Below are positions 1 to 6,632 of a stretch of 13,162 nt of DNA, piece after piece. Positions within the stretch are counted from its first letter, which is position 1. Each line of letters starts with the position of its first letter. Below the pieces are notes generated by a model, which was not told where the DNA came from, searched no databases, and saw nothing but the letters and a program-made list of their open reading frames with translations. A program made the translations under genes and the position numbers. Location of the stretch: NCBI GenBank assembly GCA_040220235.1, contig JAVJTO010000062.1, one strand, 5' to 3'. The stretch comes from Coleofasciculus sp. B1-GNL1-01. GTDB taxonomy: Bacteria > Cyanobacteriota > Cyanobacteriia > Cyanobacteriales > Coleofasciculaceae.

Positions 1-76
1 CCTGAGTTGTTTGACGATAACCTCTTTCTAGCTCTTCCAAGCTTAAGTGGGGGGCAATCGTAATCCGTTTTGGCAT
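1..76 (-). CDS. 5' end of a probable IS630-family transposase (HTH N-terminus), partial, runs off the left edge
   Basis: Manual translation from ATG (CAT at 74-76) gives MPKRITIAPHLSLEELERGYRQTTQ. This resembles, from recall, the N-terminus of cyanobacterial IS630-type HTH transposase ORFs. Only 25 codons are visible. Confidence 0.65.
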   Translation of the reverse strand, partial: MPKRITIAPHLSLEELERGYRQTTQ

Positions 77-140
77 AACCACCAGCGATAATTGCACCTG
101 TGGACTATCATACCATGTGCAATCAACCGGATTCGATATA
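1..140 (-). mobile_element. Probable left end of an IS630-family insertion sequence
   Basis: The minus strand reads TA|TATCGAATCCGGTTGATT from 140 downward, about 60 bp upstream of the transposase ATG. IS630 elements insert at TA. The partner inverted repeat would lie outside the window. Confidence 0.45.
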
Positions 141-158
141 AGTCTTGCATGAAATAAC

Positions 159-189
159 GGGCGATCACATTTTTGCCAAATGATCGCCC
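159..189. repeat. 9-bp inverted repeat built from HIP1-like half sites
   Basis: GGGCGATCA (159-167), a 13-nt loop, then TGATCGCCC (181-189). Confidence 0.7.
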
Positions 190-221
190 TTGACTAACAA
201 ATAATCACTATCATCATACCA

Positions 222-704
222 ATGAAACATTCTCAATGGCTTCGCCTGCAAGCTGAAGGCGACAGGATTGTTGCGTCTTTTCGTTCGGATGGGTTCAACT
301 GCTGTAAACAGCCACGCCGCTTGTCTTGGCGCATTAGCAAAGATTCGGTGACTTACAAGTTGACTTGGCTACCCGCGCCAATCAAGGAGTGGAGTTTGTT
401 ACCCAACGATGGAACGCCACAGCGAGAGCAACTTTTAGCGATGATTCGTTCTATTTTGGAGCATCGGGGATGTGGGCGCACAACCGAACCCTCCCCACAG
501 TCTAACCATAGCTTTTGGCATCAACAACATTATCCTTGGACACTGGTGAGGCTTTTGCCAAATGCTCAACACTATACGGTGGCTCGCTTCTACAGTCGCA
601 CTGAAGCGGAAAATCACCAGCGCTTTTTGGGAAAGTGGATGCCTGATGCACAGTTTGAAGTGGTTTTCGATGAGGATACGGTGAATTCTACTGCTCAAGA
701 GTGA
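222..704 (+). CDS. Hypothetical protein, 160 aa, apparently two modules
   Basis: Clean ORF. The C-terminal PWTLVRLLPNAQHYTVARFYSRTEAENHQRFL...FEVVFD resembles, from recall, a family of small uncharacterised cyanobacterial proteins. A P/S/Q/H-rich linker joins it to an N-terminal module of about 80 aa. Confidence 0.75.
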   Translation: MKHSQWLRLQAEGDRIVASFRSDGFNCCKQPRRLSWRISKDSVTYKLTWLPAPIKEWSLLPNDGTPQREQLLAMIRSILEHRGCGRTTEPSPQSNHSFWHQQHYPWTLVRLLPNAQHYTVARFYSRTEAENHQRFLGKWMPDAQFEVVFDEDTVNSTAQE

Positions 705-721
705 CATTGTATTCAATTTAG

Positions 722-748
722 GTAGGGGCGCAAGGCTTGCGCCCTCTA
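722..748. repeat. GTAG-type REP-like palindrome
   Basis: GTAG-GGGCGCAAG-G-CTTGCGCCC-TCTA, 17 bp after the stop of the 160-aa ORF. Confidence 0.8.
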
Positions 749-776
749 AGGTTGTTGAGATGGGTGAAAATCAACT

Positions 777-810
777 AATTGTAGCATTTAGACTACAATT
801 GTGTTACACT
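777..810 (+). promoter_or_regulatory. Candidate extended -10 promoter with an adjacent palindromic operator
   Basis: AATTGTAG (777-784)-N8-CTACAATT (793-800), followed by TG-T-TACACT (802-810), about 30 bp before the ATG at 840. Confidence 0.4.
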
Positions 811-839
811 GGCTTGAGGTAATTTCACACTAGCTTATT

Positions 840-1700
840 ATGTACACGCCGTTTAGTACGAACAATATGAATGAAGAGTTGTCAGACAGAATTAGAGGTT
901 TCTTTGATTTCTGGAGAGAAGACTACAACTTCATTGATGCATTAGATCCCAGCAGAGACTACTATCAGGCTAATGTGTTAATCTGGGCAGCTCTTGATAC
1001 CCTTTCCAACCACTGGGCAAAGGGAATAGGGCAAACACAAGATAAGGAACAACAAAAGAAACCACCTCAAAGTCTTATTTTCGACGCATTTCTTGAGCGT
1101 TATGCTGGCGCTGGTAAAGCGTCTCACCAGAACCAAACCATCTCACCATTCCAGATGGTTTCACTGCCGCATGTTTGGCATCGAGCAGAGTGTTGTTATG
1201 ACAACAAAAATAAAAACTGCGATCTTCCGAAGGATGTATACAAATTCTTAAAGGAGATAAAAAGGCGAGATTCAGACTTTCCTGCAACAGGACAAACCTG
1301 GCAATTTTCGGACGGATCGGGACTAGACTTTAAGGAAAAACGACAAACCCGCCAAATTTCGGACGACTTGCGACTAGACAAGATTGTTGAACTTACGCTA
1401 GAAAAATACCCAGAAGCAGAAAAATCTAAGCTTGAAAAATGGCTAGCTTTTTCTCGTTTCGGTGCGATCGCTTATAAGGAGATGCGATGCCCGTACATTC
1501 ATGAGGGACAACATGGAACGAATGCACATGGTTTCCTGCTTGGCAATCATGAAATGCAACCTACATACTTGAGTTATCTCTATACTACACCCCCTAAAAT
1601 TGGATTCAGTGTTGAGTTTATGCTAGGTATATTAGAATCTTGCATTAAAAATTTTGAAGCCGAATCCCTCGAGCTAGGCATAGATCCTGCTCCTAAATAA
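840..1700 (+). CDS. Hypothetical protein, candidate HEPN-superfamily RNase (alternative start ATG 867)
   Basis: 286-aa ORF with an N-terminal helix ANVLIWAALDTLS and C-terminal AYKEMRCPYIHEG containing R-x4-H (R216/H221, nt 1485-1502). The CDS call is solid; the HEPN assignment is inferred from motifs. Confidence 0.6.
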   Translation: MYTPFSTNNMNEELSDRIRGFFDFWREDYNFIDALDPSRDYYQANVLIWAALDTLSNHWAKGIGQTQDKEQQKKPPQSLIFDAFLERYAGAGKASHQNQTISPFQMVSLPHVWHRAECCYDNKNKNCDLPKDVYKFLKEIKRRDSDFPATGQTWQFSDGSGLDFKEKRQTRQISDDLRLDKIVELTLEKYPEAEKSKLEKWLAFSRFGAIAYKEMRCPYIHEGQHGTNAHGFLLGNHEMQPTYLSYLYTTPPKIGFSVEFMLGILESCIKNFEAESLELGIDPAPK

Positions 1701-1708
1701 TAATCTAA

Positions 1709-1754
1709 GTAGAATGGCACGCTCCTTAAGGCTAGTGGGCAATGCCCACCCTAC
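1709..1754. repeat. REP-like element with a degenerate left arm and an intact right palindrome
   Basis: GTGGGCAATGCCCAC-CCTAC at 1735-1754; decayed GTAGAATGGCAC at 1709-1720. Confidence 0.7.
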
Positions 1755-1831
1755 ACTCTACACTCATTCTAATTTGCGATCGCACCGCACCTTATCCTGA
1801 CTTTTCAGGAAAAATCTCTAAATCGGCGAGA

Positions 1832-1894
1832 GTCGGGGCGGGTTTAGTCACATCTGGGTATAACCGAAAAGATAGTAGTGAAACCCGCCCCTAC
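1832..1894. repeat. Long-loop REP-like inverted repeat
   Basis: GGGGCGGGTTT (1835-1845), 35 nt, then AAACCCGCCCC-TAC (1881-1894). Matching arms recur at 10343-10404 and 10462-10523. Confidence 0.85.
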
Positions 1895-2016
1895 ACAATC
1901 TCCCTTCATTGCGCCACATACTGTGGAAAGAAAGACCCATCCTCCCTCACTGCATAACCCGGACAGCCAATAGTCTAGACTGAGAGATCGATCATCACAA
2001 AAAAGGGAACCTCACG

Positions 2017-3825
2017 ATGCGACTCTCTCAAATGCTACTCGTCACCCTCCGGGAAGACCCAGCCGAAGCCGAAATCCCCAGCCATAAACTCCTAGTTCGC
2101 GCCGGCTATATCCGTCGCATCGGTAGCGGAATCTACGCTTATCTCCCCCTGATGTGGCGCGTTTTGCAAAAAGTCTCCCAAATTGTCCGGGAAGAAATGA
2201 ACGCCACTGGTGCCCAAGAATGCTTACTTCCCCAACTCCAACCCTCTGACCTGTGGCGAGAATCTGGGCGCTGGGACACCTATACTAAAGCAGAGGGAAT
2301 CATGTTCGCCCTTACTGATCGCCAAAACCGAGAACTGGGACTCGGACCCACTCACGAGGAGGTAATCACCACCATCGCCCGGGAGATGATCCGTTCCTAT
2401 CGCCAACTTCCCCTCCACCTCTACCAAATTCAAACCAAGTTTAGAGATGAAATCCGCCCGCGCTTCGGACTGATGCGGGGACGAGAATTCATTATGAAAG
2501 ATGGCTATTCCTTCCACACCGATGAAGACAGCCTGAAAAAAACCTATCAGGACATGGATCAAGCCTATCGCAACATGATTACCCGTTGCGGTTTAGCCTT
2601 TCGCGCCGTGGAAGCTGATCCGGGGGCGATTGGCGGTTCTGGTTCCCAAGAATTTATGATTCTGGCAGATATCGGCGAAGATGAGATTCTCTACACCGAA
2701 GATGGGAACTATTCTGCCAATGTGGAAAAAGCTAGTTCCCTCCCGGCTGATCCTGAACCCTCTCCCTTTGAGACTTACGAAAAACGGGAAACTCCCAATA
2801 CACCCACGATTGACTCCCTGTGTCAATTCCTCAACTGTTCGCCAACCAATGTCTTGAAAAATGTCCTCTATCAAGCCGTTTATGACAATGGGATGACGGT
2901 ACTGGTAATCGTCAGTATCCGAGGCGATCAAGAGGTTAACGAGGTGAAATTGCAAAATGAATTAGTCCGTTTAGCCGATCAATATAACGCCAACGCCCTC
3001 ATCGCCCTAACGGTTCCCGACGCCACCACCCAAGCAAAATGGGCGTCTAAACCCCTCCCTGTCGGCTATATCGCCCCGGATTTAGATGATGATTATATCC
3101 GCCCCGCTAGCGATGTCGCACCGCGATTTGTACGCTTAGTTGATAATACGGCGGTTGACTTGAAACATTTTGTCACTGGGGCGAATGAAACCAACTATCA
3201 CGTCGTTGGTGCAAATTGGGGTGAACCCTTCGCCTTACCTAAACAGGTGGTAGATTTGCGGACAGCCAAAGCAGGCGATCGCGCGATTCATGATCCCAGC
3301 CAAATCCTGCACAGCGCCAGGGGGATTGAAGCCGGACATATCTTTCAGTTAGGCACTAAATATTCTAAAGCCATGGGCGCGACGTACACTAACGAAGCGG
3401 GGGAAGAAAATCCCCTGTATATGGGATGTTATGGTGTAGGCGTATCGCGACTAGCGCAAGCGGCGGTGGAACAATCCCATGATAAGGATGGAATTATTTG
3501 GTCACCCGCGATCGCACCCTACCACGCCATTATTACCGTTCCCAACATCTCCGACGCCAAACAAATGGACGCCGCCGAGACACTTTACCAGCAGTTATGG
3601 CAAGCTGGTGTAGAAACCTTACTCGATGATCGCGATGAACGGGCGGGTGTGAAGTTCAAAGACGCCGATCTGATTGGCATTCCCTATCGGATCGTTACCG
3701 GGCGATCGCTCAAACAGGGTAAAGTGGAAGTTGTGCAACGGGCAACCCACCAGTCTCAAGAATTGCCCCTGGATCAGGTTGCTTCTACGGTGAAACAATG
3801 GCTTGATGCAGCATTAACCCCATAA
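2017..3825 (+). CDS. proS: Proline--tRNA ligase (bacterial type with INS editing domain)
   Basis: Class II aaRS motifs [55 protein letters not shown] and [10 protein letters not shown]. Anticodon domain [23 protein letters not shown] domain with GANE. Confidence 0.99.
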   Translation: MRLSQMLLVTLREDPAEAEIPSHKLLVRAGYIRRIGSGIYAYLPLMWRVLQKVSQIVREEMNATGAQECLLPQLQPSDLWRESGRWDTYTKAEGIMFALTDRQNRELGLGPTHEEVITTIAREMIRSYRQLPLHLYQIQTKFRDEIRPRFGLMRGREFIMKDGYSFHTDEDSLKKTYQDMDQAYRNMITRCGLAFRAVEADPGAIGGSGSQEFMILADIGEDEILYTEDGNYSANVEKASSLPADPEPSPFETYEKRETPNTPTIDSLCQFLNCSPTNVLKNVLYQAVYDNGMTVLVIVSIRGDQEVNEVKLQNELVRLADQYNANALIALTVPDATTQAKWASKPLPVGYIAPDLDDDYIRPASDVAPRFVRLVDNTAVDLKHFVTGANETNYHVVGANWGEPFALPKQVVDLRTAKAGDRAIHDPSQILHSARGIEAGHIFQLGTKYSKAMGATYTNEAGEENPLYMGCYGVGVSRLAQAAVEQSHDKDGIIWSPAIAPYHAIITVPNISDAKQMDAAETLYQQLWQAGVETLLDDRDERAGVKFKDADLIGIPYRIVTGRSLKQGKVEVVQRATHQSQELPLDQVASTVKQWLDAALTP

Positions 3826-3831
3826 ACTCAA

Positions 3832-5370
3832 ATGAATAAGGCAGCACTGACTCGATTCATCATAGTGGCACTTTATATTTCTGCCTTTATGGGTGTAATG
3901 TTGGGTCTAGTCGGTGGATTTCAGACAGGGATTGCCTGTACTGCCCTTGTTTTTTTCTCTATCCTTTCCTATAAGTATCCTCGCATTGGATTATGGGGAC
4001 TGCTGATCTATCTTCCCTTCAGCGGGAGCATTATTTATTCACTGGGCGATGTTTACCAATCTCTGGGTGAGAGAATCACCTACTCCGGGAATCATCCCCT
4101 CTTTCATTTAATTAAAGATGCGTTTTACTTTCCCGCCTTAATCGCCCTGATTCAGTCGCGGGATTCGTTTTGGAAACTACTACCGCGATCAATTCTCAAA
4201 CCCTTATTGATCGCGATCGCGGTGGTGCTAGGAGTAGCATTAATTACATTCCTGTTGATTAATGTTCCCCAGGAGTTTGATCCCCAGGTCAAAGGAAGCC
4301 CTTTTCTGATGGGAATTCTAGGATTAAAAGGGCTGGTTGGGTATATTCCCTTACTCTTCTGTGGGTATTATCTGATTCGCGATCGCACAGACTTATTTTT
4401 CCTCACTCGTTTACACGTTATTCTAATCTTGATCTGCTGTAGTTTAGCGTTTCTGCAATACCTTTGGCTAGTTACTGGTTTATGTCCTAGTAGCAATAGT
4501 TTGACAGGAGAAGCTGTCTATAGAGCCAGTTTACAGGCACGATGTTTAGTCGGCGGTTCTCTGTTATACAATCCTCAAGTCGGGTTAATTCGTTTACCCG
4601 GTACATTTGTTGCACCCTGGCAATGGGGTTGGTTTCTGATTTCCAGCGCTTTTTTCACCTATGGGGCGAGTGTCAGTGATCCGTCTCGTCGGTGGCGATT
4701 CGTGGGATGGGTGGCGATGGTTGCAGTCTTGGCGGTGGCGGTCATTTCGGGTCAACGAATAGCCCTGGCGATCGTTCCGGCGACGTTTGTGCTGTTAGTA
4801 TTACTCACGGATCGGCATAAGGGATGGCTACCCCTTAAATTAGGAATTGGGGTGCTTTTAGCGATTTGGATTACTCAAACGTTGGGGAAGGTAGAAGAAC
4901 GGGTGATTAGTTTAGTTGATCGCTGGGAGGCGTCTCCTCCTCCTTCGTTTATGCTGGATCAATTTCAGTGGGTATTGAGTAGACAAGAGGGAGTATTAGG
5001 TCATGGTTTAGGACGAGCGACTAATGCTGCCCGTCGCTTAGGGGAAACTCAACTAATTGAAACCTATTATGCCAAATTGTTTTACGAAATTGGTCCGATT
5101 GGGGTTTTGGCATTTCTGGCGCTGGTGTCTTTGCTGACGTTTCTCACGTTTAAGGCATATCGGTCAGTTCAAGATTCGTCTTTACAACGGTTAGGGTTAT
5201 GTCTTTGGGTGTTTGTTTTATTTATTAGTTATAACACCTATTATTATCCTCTGGCTGTCGATCCGGTGGAGGTTTATTATTGGTTTTTTGCAGGGGTTTT
5301 GCTCAAGTTACCGCGACTTGATGATCCAGTAGGTTCTGAAACACTATGTTCTGATCAGAAAGACGCTTAG
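3832..5370 (+). CDS. hpsL: HpsL-like hormogonium polysaccharide biosynthesis protein (Wzy/O-antigen ligase-like multi-pass membrane protein)
   Basis: Many hydrophobic segments. Motifs KDAFYFPALI, ARCLVGGSLLYNP..G.IRLPGTFVAPWQWGWFL, ISGQR, GHGLGRATNAAR and ETYYAKLFYEIG match my recall of the HpsL family. Confidence 0.8.
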   Translation: MNKAALTRFIIVALYISAFMGVMLGLVGGFQTGIACTALVFFSILSYKYPRIGLWGLLIYLPFSGSIIYSLGDVYQSLGERITYSGNHPLFHLIKDAFYFPALIALIQSRDSFWKLLPRSILKPLLIAIAVVLGVALITFLLINVPQEFDPQVKGSPFLMGILGLKGLVGYIPLLFCGYYLIRDRTDLFFLTRLHVILILICCSLAFLQYLWLVTGLCPSSNSLTGEAVYRASLQARCLVGGSLLYNPQVGLIRLPGTFVAPWQWGWFLISSAFFTYGASVSDPSRRWRFVGWVAMVAVLAVAVISGQRIALAIVPATFVLLVLLTDRHKGWLPLKLGIGVLLAIWITQTLGKVEERVISLVDRWEASPPPSFMLDQFQWVLSRQEGVLGHGLGRATNAARRLGETQLIETYYAKLFYEIGPIGVLAFLALVSLLTFLTFKAYRSVQDSSLQRLGLCLWVFVLFISYNTYYYPLAVDPVEVYYWFFAGVLLKLPRLDDPVGSETLCSDQKDA

Positions 5371-5427
5371 CCTAGAACACAGGGTAGGGCGCACGTCAGT
5401 TATTGGTGTTAACTTAAGATGAGAAGC

Positions 5428-5464
5428 GGGGGAAGCTGGGGGAGCTGGGGGAGCAGAGGGAGCA
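5428..5464 (+). repeat. 9-bp tandem repeat, about 4 copies of GGGG(A/G)AGC(T/A)-type units
   Basis: ggggaagct gggggagct gggggagca gagggagca; this is the reverse complement of the TTCCCCAGC units at 6343-6378. Confidence 0.85.
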
Positions 5465-5500
5465 ATGGTGCATTTTCCCTGATAAGCTGTTTAGTAAGCT

Positions 5501-5553
5501 AGTCCGCGTAGGCGGACTTTGTTTGTGTAGCTGCGACTTCTAGTCGCCAGGGC
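5501..5553. repeat. Double-hairpin small dispersed repeat
   Basis: AGTCCGC-GTAG-GCGGACT (5501-5518) and GCGACT-TCT-AGTCGC (5533-5547). It resembles a dispersed cyanobacterial repeat known to me from recall. Confidence 0.7.
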
Positions 5554-5713
5554 AAAAAAGGGGTTCCTTATTACCGAGGTTTTAAAACTTGCCAAAGGAT
5601 AAAAATAGTAAAGCCGATATAGCCACACACGACGATCCAATACTGCCAATTATTAGACGTGAAAACGTTATTACTCATTGGGATTATAGATTTTAGTTTG
5701 AGGTTAGGCGACA

Positions 5714-5775
5714 GGGCGACCCGAGTCTATTGAGTGGATTGGGGGTGTTCATTGATATCAGCGGGTCGCCCCTAC
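5714..5775. repeat. Long-loop REP-like inverted repeat
   Basis: GGGCGACCCG (5714-5723), 38 nt, then CGGGTCGCCC-CTAC (5762-5775). Confidence 0.8.
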
Positions 5776-5830
5776 AACTGTTTATTGATGTTGGTAGTTA
5801 GCCTCTACAACTGTTTATTGATATCAGCGG
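5746..5830 (+). repeat. Degenerate 33-bp tandem repeat, about 2.6 copies
   Basis: Units start at 5746, 5779 and 5812 (TGTT(C/T)ATTGAT...). CTACAACTGTTTATTGAT is exact at 5772-5789 and 5805-5822. Confidence 0.8.
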
Positions 5831-5897
5831 ATTGTATCTAGACATTATAACTTTTTTTACCCGAACTATTTTGATACCAAAGAATGCCTGGGGTATT

Positions 5898-6197
5898 CTA
5901 AAAGAAACTACAAATAAACTCTCCAGCGCCATCCGGTTCAAAAGAAACAACCACTCCATCTTGGCGAATCCGGGTGCGATCGCGACAATTATAAATCTCT
6001 ACGGGGCGTTTTACCCCATCAATACTCACGGCGGCTCGATACCGCCAATAATACTTGGCGGAACGCTTGATACTCAGGATACAAATATTGTGATCCTTGA
6101 TTGTACGGCACACCGACGCCTCAGCCGGAAATGCCACAAGCCACACGACTACCAGTAATCCCAGTAAAGCCATCCATTTTACTTGGTCATTCGTCAT
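5898..6197 (-). CDS. Small secreted cyanobacterial hypothetical protein with 4 Cys (true start may be the ATG at 6173)
   Basis: Signal-peptide-like MALLGLLVVVWLVAFPAEA (AxA site). Mature part CRT...ICILSIKRSAKYYWRYRA...YNCRDR...GAGEFIC resembles a conserved cyanobacterial family (recall). Confidence 0.8.
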   Translation of the reverse strand: MTNDQVKWMALLGLLVVVWLVAFPAEASVCRTIKDHNICILSIKRSAKYYWRYRAAVSIDGVKRPVEIYNCRDRTRIRQDGVVVSFEPDGAGEFICSFF

Positions 6198-6231
6198 TCG
6201 TCATTTGTCATTCGTCATTCGTCATTTGTTA
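6183..6231 (+). repeat. STRR2-type heptamer array, 7 copies
   Basis: ttggtca ttcgtca ttcgtca tttgtca ttcgtca ttcgtca tttgtta; STRR2 consensus is TT(G/T)GTCA. Confidence 0.92.
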
Positions 6232-6243
6232 TTGGAAAAATCT

Positions 6244-6378
6244 TCCCCCATCTCCCCCATCTCCCCCATCTCCCTCATCTTCCCCATCTCCCCCATCTCC
6301 CTCATCTCCCCCATCTCCCTCATCTCCCTCATCTCCCCCATCTTCCCCAGCTTCCCCAGCTTCCCCAGCTTCCCCAGC
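6244..6378 (+). repeat. 9-bp tandem array, 15 copies
   Basis: 11 copies of T(C/T)CC(C/T)CATC (6244-6342) followed by 4 copies of TTCCCCAGC (6343-6378). Confidence 0.95.
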
Positions 6379-6380
6379 TC

Positions 6381-6415
6381 CTGATAACTGATAACTGCTC
6401 ACTGATAACTGATAA
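6381..6415 (+). repeat. CTGATAA heptamer array, 5 copies (one degenerate)
   Basis: ctgataa ctgataa ctgctca ctgataa ctgataa. Confidence 0.9.
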
Positions 6416-6437
6416 CTCCCCCATCTCCCAGCGCTTT

Positions 6438-6454
6438 GATAGAAGGGGATTATC
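6438..6454. promoter_or_regulatory. Candidate LysR-type (NdhR/CcmR) operator upstream of ndhF3
   Basis: GATAG-N7-TTATC dyad containing T-N11-A. NdhR represses the ndhF3 operon in model cyanobacteria. Spacing differs by 1 nt from the ATAG-N8-CTAT consensus. Confidence 0.35.
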
Positions 6455-6486
6455 GCTTTGATTGTCAAATTGTCTAATTGCTTTGT

Positions 6487-6521
6487 TTGAACTTTACCCT
6501 CAACCCATTACACTATACACT
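6487..6521 (+). promoter_or_regulatory. Candidate sigma70-type promoter(s) of the ndhF3 operon
   Basis: TTGAAC (6487-6492)-16-TACACT (6509-6514) and TTTACC (6493-6498)-17-TACACT (6516-6521). Confidence 0.4.
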
Positions 6522-6552
6522 AAGCTTAGAAAACTTAAAAAAAATTAATCGT

Positions 6553-6566
6553 GTAAGTAAAAATAC
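6553..6566. promoter_or_regulatory. Candidate NtcA box
   Basis: GTA-agtaaaaa-TAC is an exact GTA-N8-TAC with an A-rich core, 66 bp upstream of the ndhF3 ATG. Confidence 0.4.
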
Positions 6567-6632
6567 CTGTTTATCAGGGTCTCTTCAGGTTCAATACCAC
6601 TGAAGAGGAAATTTGTATACCCCCACGAGGTC

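Noticed and set aside
781..796. NtcA box upstream of the HEPN-like gene
   Set aside because: The spacing is GTA-N10-TAC rather than N8.
222..1700. Classical MNT-HEPN toxin-antitoxin pair
   Set aside because: The upstream ORF lacks the nucleotidyltransferase GS...DxD motif and is separated by 135 bp containing a hairpin and a candidate promoter.
1742..1957. 71-aa ORF upstream of proS
   Set aside because: It starts inside one REP-like palindrome and runs through another, with no recognisable protein features.
5746..5830. CRISPR-sized 33-bp repeats
   Set aside because: The units are head-to-tail and degenerate with no unique spacers.
5832..6158. 108-aa plus-strand ORF
   Set aside because: It is antisense to the better-supported secreted protein gene and has a TTG start.
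6097..6468. Four low-complexity ORFs (PHL-, SPP-, PIS- and GDG-repeat peptides)
   Set aside because: They are by-products of stop-free 9-mer and 7-mer arrays that are open in several frames, with no other coding evidence.
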